The notes: generated from the letters alone by a model not told the origin. A stretch of 60,622 bases of DNA, filler included, from Circinaria calcarea (GCA_051942165.1; 3 parts of 3 records of this genome joined end to end with filler, not necessarily neighbours in it); one strand, 5' to 3'; positions 1-14,213 are shown, counted from the first letter of the whole stretch. A program made the numbers and translations.

Positions 1-14
1 ATACTCATCTTCAG

Positions 15-1161
15 ATTTTGGGATCCGCATACCTTTTGGGTGCAGAACCCGAGCACCTCAACCTGATCTACGAGGAGGAAGCCAAGGTTCTAGAGAGATG
101 GCAAGATTCACCCGGGGAGGTGTCGAAGGGCGACTGGAGGGAGTACCTAGGCGATCCGAGGTCAGTGTCAGCTGCGACCGTCATCCAGGCCTATTGCCCG
201 TTAGGGTGGACAGACACTTATGAAGATGCATCAGATACCAGCGAGCGTATATTGATTTCTTTGAAGACGAGCTTGTTATGAATGGTTATGATTGGCGTAA
301 AGTCCTGGATGAATACTTGTTCCATGGGAAAAACCCGCTCATCAACTGTCTTGTTGCAGGCTGTATGTTGCCATCCTAAGACAAATCAACCCAGTGGCTA
401 ACGGTAAAGTGGGCCATCCCCTGATACATCTTGGCTACGCTTTCGAGTTATCGAGCCGTGAGCTGGCCATGGAAGCTCTGTGTCTTGCAGCTACTCAGTA
501 TAACTTTCTTCACAAGTATCTTGATGATCCTTCATACACCAAAGCAGTGACAAAAGCAACATCGTCGCCTTTAGAGATACTCGAAAGAGTCTGCAATGAC
601 GAGCGACTCGACGGACTTTTCGATCACCAAGGCGCTAGTAACATAGGGCCGTTATTCGATGAGCATGAAGACATCGTTCTCAGCCATTGGAATACATGGC
701 GCATTACGGACCCCAAGAAGCAATTCGAAGATAGCCAACACGCTGCGGTTGCTCTACTTGCCGCCACGCAGCAACAAGGAGACAAGAAATACGATTTCTT
801 CCTCGTCCACCTCCTGACATCGAGTCATGCCGTGCGTATAATCCTCCCCATGATTCCAGCCAGGTTTCATGTTTTGCTAGTCCGCCAGTGGTGGCTCTTG
901 GCTCTAGCAGTTTACATCGCCCAGCGCCGACCGGTTATCACAGTAAAATCTGTGTTGGAGTATGACACGGGAGAAAAAGACTGGACCTGGATAGAAAAGC
1001 TGGCGATTCAAGGCAAATATGCTGCCGACGCACATTTTGTGAAAGCACTTCGAGCCATGAAGGAAGCAGCGCAAACATGGGGGGATGAAGGCGCCTTTTA
1101 TCTCAAGGCTGCTGTTAAATTCGGTGAAGAATTCAGCGGTTGGGGCGGCTTCGGGTCTTGA
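15..1161 (+). CDS. Questin oxidase / AflY-HypA-like (DUF4243) oxidoreductase, 5'-partial, multi-exon
   Basis: Exons ~15-160, 235-362 and 410-1161 with GT..AG introns. Spliced product has ILGSAYLLGA, YQRAYIDFFEDEL, GHPLIHLGYAFE, DFFLVHLLTSSHAVR and DAHFVKALRAM, motifs typical of this fungal family. Confidence 0.8.
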
Positions 1162-2707
1162 GTTATGTAGTTGGTATTATCTCTTTGTGCGATTGACTTC
1201 TTAGATTGGTGTGCATGAATCCTCACCTATTTATGATCAGGATTGCGATCAGTAATTCTATTATAGCTTCGACACGGAACAAATATAGCCTAGCAATATG
1301 TTATCGATTAGGGTGAGTATGTGACTTTTCTGGGCCGAGAGTAGTAATCATCTCTACCCTAATGCTGTCTGAGCATCTTATCTTTTGGAAACAAATGTCA
1401 GCTTATTAGCAGCCTGCCATCTTACTGGGTAATCTTGTTGCGCTATTCCTTCCGAGATTGAGTACAATCGTTATTTTCATAGGTCACGATATCGGTAAGG
1501 AGGAGTCCAGTTCCCAACAACCCATATGCCTCTATAAACCTGCCACCAACGTCGTAAGCCATCGTACTGAGATGCATAAGAACTGATTGGGCGTCCAAAA
1601 CTCGTGCTTGGTTTGATAGGTTCATAGGAAAACCCGCAAGGAAAGTCTAGGGCTAGTATGGAGCATATGCGATATTTTAGTGACACTTGAAGTTATCTAG
1701 GAATCCTTGAAACGCCCAACGTCAGCTGTCCGCAGCAGTCTTTTCAACTCGAGCATCAATCAGCCTTTCCCAGGTTCGATGCAACCCTTTATTCATAATG
1801 TGCAGCATGAAATCCCGAGTTCTGTGCCAGTGAGAAATCGGTCTTCTACATTCTGTTTCTCCAAGGTGAAACAAGTCTAGAGAGTTTTAGAAAACTCCAG
1901 GTAATCAGTGGACCTAAGTTAACACGACGTTTGAGACCTCGATTTTGCAATGGAGGCTAAAGGTCTGACAGTTTACCGACCTCCTGCCATCTGTACTGGA
2001 GGAGCAATTATGAGAATCTATCAAGCACAGAACCCAGTATATTCAAATGGGAATAACGATTTAGGTAAGATGCCTTTTTGATTTCGCCAAAGAAACTAAA
2101 ATTAACTTAAACAGGGACAAGGCGGAAAGCAATCCGTAACTAAGTAATATTCATAAAAACATCAAACATACACAACCTATTTTCCTTGACTTTTGTTGTG
2201 AGAGCATCGCAATGCTTTTTTCCGTCTGCCCGACATTTATAGTCACCAGTTAGCACAGAACAAAATCATCATGATCTGCTGAAGGTCGTCCCTTGGGGTG
2301 TCACGGGAACATGAGGGGGAACAAAGTGATATTCCCAGGAGTCTAAGAGCAATTTAAGCATTTAGGATGTTATAGGTTACTTGTCTTGTGCATTTCCGTA
2401 GGATATCCTTCCTCATCCTATGTTTTCTTTATAATGGATGAGATTCAGGCCGTGTACGGGCATTGTTCGCAGCCTATGCAGTCCCGTTGTTAGGAGAGAG
2501 CTCGAAAAAGGAGAAACAAAGCAACCATTACCATCTTACTTGACTTGCAATGGAACCTTTGTACTTCGATAGGAAAGTTCAAACCCCTGGCAAAGACCTC
2601 AGTGTTTCAAATGAGAGATTTAGGACTATGGGAATATAAGGGCTGAACTGGTGAAGAATTTACTGTTCAGCAAATAATAATGACATAGTGTAAGTAGTAG
2701 TTATGGT

Positions 2708-3617
2708 CTATTGCGCCTTAGAAGATACAATCTCTGTTCAGGTTGATTAGTAGTTATTCCATGTAGGAATATTGTTCTGCATAGGAACTCGACTTACTCT
2801 CCACGTCGCCCACGCTCTGCTGTAGAATTTGCTGCAAAGTCCTTGGGTTTTCAAGCTCTTTTGTAATCTTCCCAATAATAGTTTCGGCAAGTTCTCGTTG
2901 TTGCCTTTGTTTGACTTGGCCCTCATAGCGAACCCAAGAATCCAGTACTTGTTTCGCCTCCTGCACCAATGCAGTCCTTTGCTCAAGCTCGAATGCTTTC
3001 GCCTCGAGATTCGCGGTTTCCTGGGAGAGATTAGTGCGTTATACTTGCATCTTACCTCGCTACCATGACCAACCTTCGAGACGTCAAATAACTGCTTAGT
3101 TACGTCGATAACACTACCCAACTGTTTCACATTATCAATGCGTGACTTGACGGCCGTAGTATGATCTTCCCGTGCAGCGTTCAAGATGCCCTTTATCTTG
3201 TTGACCTGGCCATCCGCCCACTCCTTGTACATCGGCCCTCCGTACTTTCCGACAGCGTAGAAAACACTGAGAATACAGAACGCTACGACGGTTTCCTCAT
3301 TGATGACGAGAAACTCGTTACTAATTCCAAAGATCGACAATCCAGCTCCGGCAGAGAGGATCGCGGTCTTGGACACCAGACTATTGCCGGGCAAAGAGTC
3401 AATAACAGATTGGGCCTTCTTCTTCGGATCTTCAGCTGGGACGTTAGAAGCATGTCTTGTTGAAGCATTGGAGTTTGAAAGCGTAGGTAGAACCCGAATT
3501 GAAAGCGCTGGTCGGAGGCGGATACTGCCTATATCATGATTAGTATCCAATCAGATAGATCTTCACCACTACTCTCGAAGACCTACCCATGGTGCTTTTC
3601 GCCAATCGTGAAGCCAT
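2708..3617 (-). CDS. ATP4: Mitochondrial F1Fo ATP synthase subunit b (subunit 4)
   Basis: Starts MASRLAKST at ATG 3617; 4 exons. Contains KAQSVIDSLPGNSLVSKTAILS, NEETVVAF and VLDSWVRYEGQVKQRQQRELA; the last exon gives IVSSKAQ* (TAG at 2708-2710). Confidence 0.95.
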
Positions 3618-3819
3618 GATTTCTCGGACTTGCGTACAGTGTCTGATTGCCGATAGTATTATTCGGATTCCTTTGGCAGTTGGAGTTACGATTACGGTAG
3701 TCGAGTTAGATATTACGGTGACCAGTAAGTAGCGGATTACTACGTGGAGAGGCATTCTAGAGTCCTCATTTTCGTGACATCGAGCTCAAGACTGAATTCA
3801 GCGAATTTGTACGGCAAAT
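3618..3819. promoter_or_regulatory. Short bidirectional promoter between ATP4 and NOC4
   Basis: The two start codons are head-to-head and only ~200 bp apart. Confidence 0.55.
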
Positions 3820-5551
3820 ATGCCCGGCCTCATTAATCCTGAAGAGGGATCACGGAAACGGAAGCGAAATGGATATCTACCACCTGCCGATGTGCATTCC
3901 AAAAGATGCAGCGTGGACGACTATCAGTCCGAAATTCTTCAGCTCGAGGATAAAATTCTTGGATCGCGCCAACACTACAATAATATCCCTGAATTACTAG
4001 CACTTACACGAGAACCAGAGGGCAACGTTGGAAGGCAGCAATTCGCTGTTGTGGCGTTATGTCGTATCTTCTGTCGACTGATGGCCGTAGGGAGCATGAC
4101 CAGCACCGGGGCGGAAGCTGAAAACGACGCTGTCATCCTGCGGTGGCTAAGAGAACGATATGCAGAATACCAAGCGATTGTTCTGAATATTCTAGGTACA
4201 GGGGATTTTGAAAGACAGACAGCTGTGTTGACGCTCTTAATGCAATTGGTCAAAGAAGAAGCCTCGAACATGAAATTTGACGATCACAGGCTGTGGAAGT
4301 CAGGAGTATTCCCAGGTGTGGTGCGAACTTTGGTGATAGCCCGGTCTGAGGGTCGTACAAGAGAGCGATTTATAAAAGATTTTGTAGAAGAATACGATGA
4401 TATCAGATTTTACACCTTCTCGGTACTGGCGTAAGTGCTATTCTGACTCTTGAGATTACGTTGTTAATTATGCGTAGGGATGTTGCCTCTGAAAACGGAG
4501 GTTCCACGGCACTCCGAAATATTATATTGATGTTATCTTTGATTGAAAACATCCCGAACTCCAACGATCAGATAGCTAACTTTTATGTCGAGCCTCCAGG
4601 CAAGAAGGAACATGAGGTATATTCTCTTAGAGCGCACAAAAATCGAGCTCAAAAGGCTTGGATGACTCTTCTCAAACAAGATCTTAGTAAAGCCCATCGG
4701 AAGTCCGTCCTCGGGCTTCTGTCATATAGAATCGCCCCTTGGTTTCTCAAGGTCGAACTTCTCATGGATTTCTTGACGGATTCCTTTAACCAAGGGGGAT
4801 CCGTCTCATTGATGGCACTATCCGGGCTTTTCTACCTAATCCAAAAAAAGAACCTGGACTATCCTCATTTCTACCAGAAACTTTATTCGCTGGTAGACGC
4901 CAACATTCTCCACTCGAAGCATCGATCGCGGGTTTTCCGCCTGCTTGACAAATTCCTTGCATCTACGCATTTGCCTGCAGCTATGGTAGCCAGTTTCATC
5001 AAACGTCTATCAAGACTTTGTCTCCACTCGCCACCTTCTGGAATAGTCATTGTTGTACCGTGGATCTACAATCTCCTGCAGACACATCCGAATTGCACGT
5101 TCATGATACACAGAGACATTAGCAAAAGTGAACCGGCGACAGATCACCAAGAAAAAGTTAAAGCGGACCCGTTTCGGATGGACGAACCCGATCCTATGCT
5201 TGCGAACGCAGAGGAGAGTAGTCTATGGGAGATAGAAAGCTTGCAATCTCATTATCATTCAAACGTAGCAACCATTGCTAAGATCATCTCGGAGCAGTTT
5301 ACCAAACGGTCATATAGCCTGGAAGACTTCTTGGATCATTCGTACGCCAGCGTAAGCTTCTTATCCCCGTCGTGTATGGCTTTAGGTGCTGATAACTTTC
5401 CCAGATGCTCGAAGCAGACTTATCGAAAGATACCAATAAACCGCCGGTTGTGGAATACAACTTACCGAAGCGGGTGTTCACCAGCTCTGACACAGAGTCC
5501 TTTGAAGGCAACAGCTTGATGGTCAACCTCTGGGATCTCTCTGTGAATTAG
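3820..5551 (+). CDS. NOC4: Nucleolar complex protein 4 (CBF/Mak21 family), 3 exons
   Basis: Introns at 4431-4477 and ~5352-5404. Motifs LMDFLTDSF, NLDYPHFYQKLYSL, STHLPAAMVASFIKRLSRL, SSLWEIESLQSHYH and YSLEDFLDHSY. Confidence 0.92.
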
Positions 5552-5951
5552 CATTCAGAGCTTGTAGACGTGAAACCACATCAGAATACATATTAGCACT
5601 CTCACTGCAAAATCCGGTCTTTGGACAACGGTTGTAGATAAATAGGAAATTCTTAGTGGTACGTATAGGCCGAACGCATGAAAGAAGCGAGCTAGGCTTT
5701 CGATAGAACAAGGCTGAGCATGTGAAATGTCACATTTGTACACCAGGCTTCAATCTCATGCCATGTTCCTTGCTAAAGAAATCACCTTGATATCAAGAAC
5801 GACGGCTTTCAATTAGTACCAAGGAGGTTCCGCGACACTATCGAAGTTCACTGAAGAGCGAGTGCTCCTTTTTCGCCCATCGATTATCGTTTCAAACTTA
5901 CCTCGCGGGATCAGAAGTATCTGCCAAAGTTACGGCTGGAGAGCAGCGCGA

Positions 5952-7660
5952 ATGGCGCTCAAGGATCTACTCAAGAAAAGAGACAAGCTTAAGGGGTCCG
6001 AGGCTTCTTCAAAGCCAACTCCAGCGGTTCGGCCAGAGTTCACCATTGTACGGTCCGACACCCATACCCAGGAGATTATCAGCCCTCCTTCATTCGATTG
6101 TGACACGGTGCCTACATTGGATAAAACCAAGCCAGGTAGCAGCAAAGGTTCGTCGCGTTTCCGGAGCCTATCTAGTGTCTCTACAACATCGAGAGATTCC
6201 AAGGGAGAGAAGCGTCATTCACACTTCCTCAGTCGCCGTTCCTATTCCCACGACTCGCGCACAAGTTCTGTCAACGTACCTGTAGACCTACCCAGTATCG
6301 ATGATGATGCTACTGAGGGACTTGAAGAGAGGGAAGCGCAGTGGGAGGAACGAGCGACCATACTGGCCAGGGAAAATCCTAATCTTAGGCAATCTACCTC
6401 GCGCGATGATCTTGCGACAATAGTGAGGGAGCAGCAGCTTGACAGCGTTGGACAGAGTGCGGCAGGGAATATTAGTGACGCGAAAGGCGATGTACAGCAC
6501 CTACTGGCCGATGAAGAGAGTCAAAATTGATAGAAGGCCAGGACGACATCCAAGAGGCAATCAGATTGCATGAGTCCGGAGGTAGGCAAACGCCACCACT
6601 TTGGACCAAGTCGCTTGCGACTTGGAGAAGGCGGTGATCACTGACGCAGAGACCCGAACGAGATCAGATCTCTCCCGATCCACTGCGATGTTTGGTCGCC
6701 TCGCGGATCCACACGGTGAAAACAATGCTTTGAGTCAAGTTCTTTATGGTCTAGCACTTAGGTCGGTTTCCATTTCCTTTCTCCGTCAAACCTATTCGCT
6801 GCAACCAGGCTGGTTCCCTGGAGGCTAGATCCATCATCTAGCTCCAAGACTTCCTCCACGCAGTTCGATCGCTGAACCTTCGCCAGGCACGGCTGGGGTC
6901 TCCCTCCCGATCCTTCCCGCGCGGTCGTCTATCTCTCCCACGCAGCTTCCAACTCGGCTTCGATCGAATCGCAAGCCCTTGCCGCAGGTGTCAAAAAGGG
7001 AGGAGCTGCGAAGGGTGAGCTAGTACTGGCGATCTACGAATTGGCGAACTGTTTTCGGCATGGGTGGGGTGTGGAAAAGGACGCGGTGGCAGCGCGGAGT
7101 TATTACGAAACCGCGGCAAATCTTGGTGATACGGATGCGATGAATGAAGCTGCGCGGTGCTACGAAGAGGGGTTTGGCGGTAAGAAGGATAAGGTGAGTT
7201 GGTTCCAATGGGTGGCTGGACTGTATGCTTTAGGCCGCTTTTGGGAATCTGAAAGCTAGGCCATTGTTTTTGGCAGTGGCGCGTGTAAATGTCCATTTGG
7301 CTAGGTCAATGGTCTTTCGCGATGTTGGGTCGGGCAGCAACGCTTGGCGGGGAGGCTGACTGGCAAATCATCACGTGCAGTTCATCGCGGCAAAGTACTA
7401 TCGCCTCGCCGAAGGCAAAGGAAGCAAGACGTTGGGCAATTCGTGGTAAGCAACCAGCGAGTCCTTTTCAACCCCGGCCTTCGCAACCCCTGTACTCTCC
7501 AGGGCGAACACTCCCTCTTCATCCCCATGGAACGGAAAACGGCGGTCGACCTGTCGTGTATATGAAGCGATACGCCTTGGTAATCCTCCTGCATGCCCAT
7601 GGCTAACCACCTTCTCCTAGGATCTGGAAGGACAAGTATAATCCCCAGGAGTTACACTAA
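5952..7660 (+). CDS. Sel1-like repeat protein (Nif1/Dsf2-like), multi-exon
   Basis: ATG 5952 (MALKDLLKKRDK), a Ser-rich linker, then spliced Sel1 repeats: ALSQVLYGLALRHGWG, LAIYELANCFRHGWGVEKD, GDTDAMNEAARCYEEGFG, AAKYYRLAE. Ends WIWKDKYNPQELH* (TAA 7658-7660). Confidence 0.8.
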
Positions 7661-8260
7661 CCATCAGAAAGGTGAGCTATCTGTGAGTGGCGAGTACCAT
7701 CCTCGCCCGTCAACGCTCTTCGTGGCGGCGATGAGAGAATATGGATACGTTATATCACTAGATGTCACATTGATATAAGGCCTATTTTGTATACTACAGG
7801 AGTAAAGCTCTCAGGTGTGAGTCAAGGTTGCGTGTGCATTATTCTCTCAGCATGATGGAGCTACCATCTTTTCGAATATCTTCAGAATCAGGTAGATGCC
7901 AAAACACGGTAGCCTGATGCCGGTGCTGGTGTACTGTACCACGGTCAAAGCATATACACATAAGTCATCATCGTAAAATCGTCAAGCCGTTCCCCCCAAG
8001 TCGCTCGCTAAGATTAGAACATAAGCGACGTAGAAACATGCCCTATCCATAATCCATAAATCATCGAACCGTCCGTGAAGAGTTATCTCTCCTCCCTTGC
8101 GGGATGCTGTAGCAATTCTGGGAATGTGACGCGGGACCACTCCAGTCGTGAGAAAATGGTCAAACCGCTATACAAGTAGGCTGACATCGTCTCGATCATC
8201 GAAAAGGAAAAAGCTGAACGCATGTTCAGGTCTGTTGTGGTTTTACTGGCGTATCCCCCA

Positions 8261-10226
8261 TCACCCCATGGGCTCCGACTTCCACTGCCCGGCCACACCG
8301 TCTGTAGCAGCAACCATTCGCGCAAAATCCTTGACAACCTCGTGAGGAACTTTATCCCACATCAACGAACGAGTGTAGACTTCAGCAGCGCTTCCTTCAC
8401 TTCGCTTTCGTATGGCAGCTAATGCATCTTCAAGATTTCTTCGGCCAGCAGGCTGGAGAGGTTTCCGATGTTCGTAGCTTGAATCCAGAGAAACTGCATT
8501 ATACTGGCTCGCGCTGAGTGAAAAGGTTTGCGCTTGTATCTGTTCTTCGGTGGGTGAAGTGAGATGATGGTGGAGGTTCTCGAGAGGCGACTTTGATAAA
8601 CTAGCAATCTCAAACGCACTTAAAGTAGTCGTTCTAGGATCACGTGATAAGCTTGTCTTCGCCCTAGGAGCTTCGTATGACGCCGGCCGAGGAACAAGCT
8701 CAGACTGTAGCCCGGCATCTTTGTAAATGTGATCTAAGACAACAGCTGAAGCCACCCGCATATCTTCAGACATTTGCGGCAGTTGCACGGCCGAGCCCGA
8801 ACCTTTCGAGGCAACCCAGGCGCCGCACAGCAGAAGTAGCAACAGGAAACCAGATGTGGCTGCCCTATCGTCGTCTCTAACGACAGTTTTTGCTTGGGTC
8901 GCAGACGCTGCTAGGGGTTGAGGCTCTGTCTCGATACTAAAGTCATTGACAACAGAATAGTTTTCCCAAGGACTACTGTGCATCGTAAGATGATCGAAAT
9001 CAGAGAAGTCTGCTGAGAAACCTGTAGAGCTTGGCGCTGTGGACATTGCACTGCCCTCCATTCTCTGGAGCTGTCCAACGAGGAACGAGTTCTTTTTGCG
9101 TAGCTCCCCCGATTCGATTGTATGACAGCGAACCAATTCTTCTTTTTCCATGATCAGCGTGTCGATATACTGTTTGTACTGCAGTTCCAAGGCAGCCCTG
9201 CTCTCTTTCTCGCGGACCCATTCTGTTTCCCGGAGCTTCATCTCGCCAAGAGCTTCCTCTAATTCGGTAATGATGGTGGTAAAGTGCTTTTTCTCCTCCT
9301 CCAAACGTTCCGTGTGTTGCTTCTTGCGCTGCCGGGAATCGAGTCTGCGATGCATCAGTACGAAAGTAGACCCGAAGGACTCGCGAGAGTGTTGCCTACG
9401 CTGCTTGTCTGTTCCTCAAAAGACGTTTTTGCTGTTTGAGTTCTTTGATTTCTTGCTCGTCATTAGTCTGGTTAATGAGGTGATCGATGGTTCGCAAATT
9501 TCTTTCCGCCGGTATCTCAAAACGAGCGTTCTTCTTACGAATGCCATCGCGCCGGAAATTTTGTAAGCTTCCCGGATGAAAGGGACTATTGGGGTGCGGC
9601 TGCGCAGAGGTGGACCATTCACCAAGTTGCTCGGACGAGGAGATAGATGCCCAGTCTTTACCAGACTGTGGAGATGTAGAAGATGCAAGATTAGCTAGGT
9701 ATAGTGGTGTGGTTTGGACATGAGGACCATCGAAAGTCGTTGCGGCGGTTGAAGAATTGGTGGTACCGTGGCTGTAGGATGGCATCATCATCATGCTGTT
9801 GGCATAATCCGAGCTTATATTCTCGTAATCAGCAGTGGGCGTACAGGAGCCAGAGGTGCCACTCAGATGCCATGCAGGAGTTTGATTTGGATACGAGATG
9901 CCTTGCGGTGCGCCATGCCCGGGGAAGACGTTGTTGTTGCCGTGCTCAATCAGAGATTGCACTGCATGATCCGACGATTGGAGAGCAACTTGATCTGGGC
10001 CATAACGATAGCTCGACCATGGGCTCCCTGTCGACGAGAAGACTCTGGCATTCTCCGCAAACGATTCTTTGCGGTTTAGGGAACTCGGAGACATATCGGC
10101 GGCATCAGAGTCAAGGATACTATCGTCGAGAATACCAAAGTCGTCCTCGTCGGCTTGTGGTTGCCTTTGGTTGACGTGACTATGCGACAGTCTCTGAAAT
10201 TGTTCAGTGTTGGGTATTCTGACCAT
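8261..10226 (-). CDS. bZIP transcription factor with a predicted single transmembrane segment
   Basis: An intron at ~9346-9399 joins KRLLRNRQAA to LDSRQRKKQHTERLEEEKK (basic region plus zipper). Downstream hydrophobic stretch TSGFLLLLLLCGAWVAS. Start codon is uncertain. Confidence 0.85.
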
Positions 10227-12143
10227 AATGCACCGGCCGGAGGGGTGTTTTGCGGGTCGCTGCGGTCAAAGCCAACTGGCGGTGTGGCGGGGGCGGGGAT
10301 GACCTTGACAATTTGAAGCGCAAAATATTGGCAGATGCGAACGTCTTGATCAAGACCAGATGGAGTTGGATAAAGCTAAGTAGGATTCAAGACGTGTTGA
10401 GAACCATGCGTTTATAAATGGCAGGACAAACAGTCAAGGCGGATGGGCAAGATATGAGCATGACATTCTGGTGTTTGGAAAGATGGTGGAGGGTGAAGGG
10501 TAGATAGACGGTAACAGATGAAAAGCGGCGACCAGTAAGGAGGATTAGGATCCGAATCTTGGAAGAGTCCCTGCGCCCGCTCCAGCTTCGCTCCTGATCA
10601 ATCCCTTTCTCCCTTCCAGGCAATCCACGAAACGATACGGTGCGAAAAGGACGTCCAGAGACGAAGGTCAGAACAGGTCGACTGGTCGGTGGCAGTACCG
10701 AAGTGTCGCAGTAGGAGGGGTGGTGGTAGCATCGGGAATAGGAATAGCCTGAACGCCAGGAATGTGCGATCAGAGTTCAGTTAGGCAGTGGTGGTCGGCA
10801 GGTGGTAATGGCAGCAGGGCGATCCGGCACGGGAGAGTGGAAAAGGAGGAGGCTTCAGGAGCGAGATTAGGCTGGAGTGACGGCGTTGATTGGCAGCCCT
10901 CCCGTGCGGTCATGGGCTGGTCGACCTTTCAGTTGGGTATAGAGACGAGAAGTTGGGTATACCTGCAGCAAAATCGACCGGGATGCTCGGCAGCCAGTCC
11001 AAAGTCCCGGATGAGGGCGCTCATTTTCCTGCCGCCAATGGGAAATCATGACCCCACGGTTTGCAGTAATCACCATCGTAACCAAGGTCCGTGGTCCGTC
11101 GTCCCACAGGGAATCCGACTACGATCGGAACCGAGGCAGCAGAAGTCATCGGACATCAGGCGGCTACATTCACCATCTAGCCCGATACACCGGGGGGACC
11201 TAAGCGAAGCGACGATACGGAAGAGAAGGCGGCCGTTTCGGGACGCTGGAGCATCCTCCGCTACTCACAAGTCACTGATCAAATGCAAAAGGCAAAACAG
11301 GGCTCGCCCAACTCCGTCCATTTGGCGGGCGACTGGGAGGAGGAAGAAGGGAGAAGACGCAGAACGAGGCTGGAAACACGGAAGCCCGCTGGTACACGGC
11401 CAGGACATGGAAGCAGGTCTACTTGATGTGTACTACAAGAACGCAAGGCAGGTCGTCCATACTCCGGTACAGTATCACGCATCTATCCCTGGTTCAGATG
11501 ATCGACCTGGCGCGCCTGTCTCCAAGCCGTAGGCACATCTCATGCTACCCACAAGATGTACAATTCGACAAAGTCGAGCTCAGAGATCCTACCTCCACCT
11601 CCCCTTACTTTCAAGCCCAGCCAGAGACTGTTGGGAGTGTCTGGTGGAAAGTCAAGGGCTTGGGCGAATATCAAAGTCAACGCGGGTGATCATTTGGAGG
11701 TCGGCTACATTTCCCCATTGTTGCCCAACTGGTCTTTGGTCTATCTCGGTCTTCTACTCCGTACAACACTGCTGCCGGTCATCTCAGCGCACGTGCGAGT
11801 CTAGAGTTTTGAGATTGGATAAGTCGCTTCGTAACCGTTTAGCTGCTTCTTCTACCTATCTAGTGACTACAGCACAGATTCCCAAATAGCCCAGTGCCAT
11901 TCGAGGCGTGGCTATGTAGTAAGAAGGTACATGAATGTAAAGCCCGTAAAGACGCAGCTGGGCCGGGTATCAATCCTGTAGCCCAAGGGCCGCACTGCAG
12001 ACGCTTCAGATAGCTCTTTTTTTAAAAATAAAAAAAAACCATGTCCGACCCGAAACTTTGTTCGAAAAGAAAAGAAGTAGATACCGACTCATCGTCATTG
12101 ATAGCGCGCAAGCCCAATGTTGGCTGCTCAGTGTGGTGGCAGA

Positions 12144-13793
12144 CTAGAAGTGGACAAAGTCATCCTCGTTATCAAAACCGTCCGAGTCCACATCGTCACT
12201 ATCAATCTCGTCGATTTCTTCATCACTGGATAGATCGCTACCGGTGTCGTCCCCTGTAGTATTGTCTGTTGTCATGGCCGGCGCATCTAGATTGTTAGCA
12301 ACAGCGGTATGCTTTCTGATTTGTCCTGCTCTGTCAACATGAGGTAAAGCGCACCGCTTGTTATGACAAGATCCTGTGTTAGACCAATGGGGGCATTCAT
12401 GAATGTGACGCTCGTTGCAACGGGTGCCTTTCGAACAATACCCAAGGATAGCAAAATCGCGGCAGACCAACGAAGAAGGGTTAACGCGCACATGAGCATA
12501 GCGACATGTGGGTTTAGAACATCTACCGCGTAGGAAATGAAGACAGGTGGGAACACGTTCAGGAATAAGGTTATGCGAGAGATCACAACTTTCTCCTGCA
12601 GGGCAATTCCCAGTTTGAAGGAAGACTGAGCACACAGCAACTTTTGCTGGATCATGGGTGTACGGGCACAAAGGACCCTTCGAGCAGCGACCTAGAGAAC
12701 TCCCAGAAACGTTAGTGCTACCCCTTATTCTATCGCTCACTGTAAGTTTGGTCAAATTTCAAGTTTCGAAAGAGGAATTTGGGGCTGAAGATAAGGGTAC
12801 CGGTCGAAGAGAATCGCCTGCAGGGCTCCGGAATTTTGTTCATCCTTCCACTCCTAAAAAAAGTTAGAAACTGCAATAATGTCCATCTTGACGTTATGTC
12901 CTAAGCACAGAAAACCCAAGGTGAAACGAACCTCCTCGCCTTGACAAAGCCTGAACGATAGAGGTTACCATTTTTGCTTCGGACGAACGTTACTCCACCA
13001 ACAATAGCTCTCTTGGGCGTTGAGCGTACTGTATCAACCGTACCTAGAATATGTTCAGCAGCCGATAAGAACCGGATGTTGTTCACGCACTTGAGATTCG
13101 CAAAAGTTTGCTTCCGCTATCGCTGACTTTAAAACGCAAGCCATTGATAGTAAGCTCATTAATCGCAGGAACGAATGAAGCCGGAAGAGATGACCGCCCT
13201 GGGTGTGTAGCAAGTGTTTGAATGTGATTGCTGAACTTTTGCTTTTCGCGTTGGTCCCTTTCTAGAATCTTTTGGCAACGTGTATGTTCGATGGCCCGTT
13301 TACGTGCCTCGGAATCCTTGTCAAAGATGGAAGAGTTGATGAGTTGCATGTGGCGGTCTCGCTTAGTGACCCAGCTTGTCGGGCCTGGAGTTGGTTGATT
13401 GCCCTGAACCTCAAGAGACCGAGCCAAAGCAGCAACGGCATGTACGGACTCAACTTGGTGTTCTTGTGTGCTTGTAGACGGTGAAACCATGTTCTTCAGA
13501 ACGAGAGTGCGGTTCCGGTGAGAGTACGGTGTGGCTTTCCCCGCGCGACCCCTCGCGCGGTTGAATTTGAAGCCACGAGCTGAACTCCCAGCCCTCGACT
13601 GTTGCAGTAGCCCAGTAGCCGGTCGAGCCCAGGCTGGAGCGTGTCTCGTAGTTTCATTTTGCTCGGACGATCCTTGATTTTTATGTAGATTGATGTGACC
13701 TTGTTGAAATTAACAGGTGGATGAAGCTGGAGATGACAAGAAATTACCAGCAAGTTGACTAATGCGAGACAGCAGATTTTGATCTTCTGACAT
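12144..13793 (-). CDS. CCCH zinc-finger protein (ZC3H3 / S. pombe Red5-like), multi-exon
   Basis: Starts MSEDQNLLSRISQLAG (ATG 13793). Contains WVTKRDRHMQLINSSIF and GGVTFVRSKNGNLYR, several C-x7/8-C-x4/5-C-x3-H fingers, and an acidic C-terminus. Confidence 0.85.
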
Positions 13794-14213
13794 ACTTCAA
13801 TGTGCTTGGAGAATGAGAGTTTGTGTATGTTGCTACAAAAGGGTGTATACCTTATAAGAAGTGAAGTTGGTGATGAAAAGCCCAACTCGGACGGCTGTAA
13901 ATTTCAAGAGCCATCGGCACCGGCTATGCCACATCCGGTCAAGTCGGTAAAGTGGTCCGGAACCTCTACGGAAGTTTCTGGCGTATAATATACTATTCTA
14001 TTGTAATATGCTCGCGCTTATTATTTTATATCCCCCTACGATCGAAGCACCCATGCTGCAGTTATTCGTGAAGGTACTTCGAACCGGCACTTACTTTCAC
14101 CGCATTTAGACAGCTTGTCGTCTAACTGCTCCTATTTACACCTTCGTTGTCCTCCACAAATTAAAGGACGCAAGGGACAAGCTAAATTTATAAAATCATG
14201 CCAAGAAAAAAGC

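Noticed and set aside
1200..2700. Possible gene or tRNA in the 1.5-kb gap (ORFs 1443-1686; GGTTCGAT at ~1773)
   Set aside because: ORFs are short with no motif support, and no cloverleaf can be folded around the T-loop-like sequence.
10762..11889. ORFs of 256, 88, 115 and 82 aa upstream of the bZIP gene
   Set aside because: No recognisable motifs, Arg/Ser/Trp-rich composition typical of non-coding GC-rich DNA, and the only possible joining intron is ~27 nt. Probably promoter or UTR sequence.
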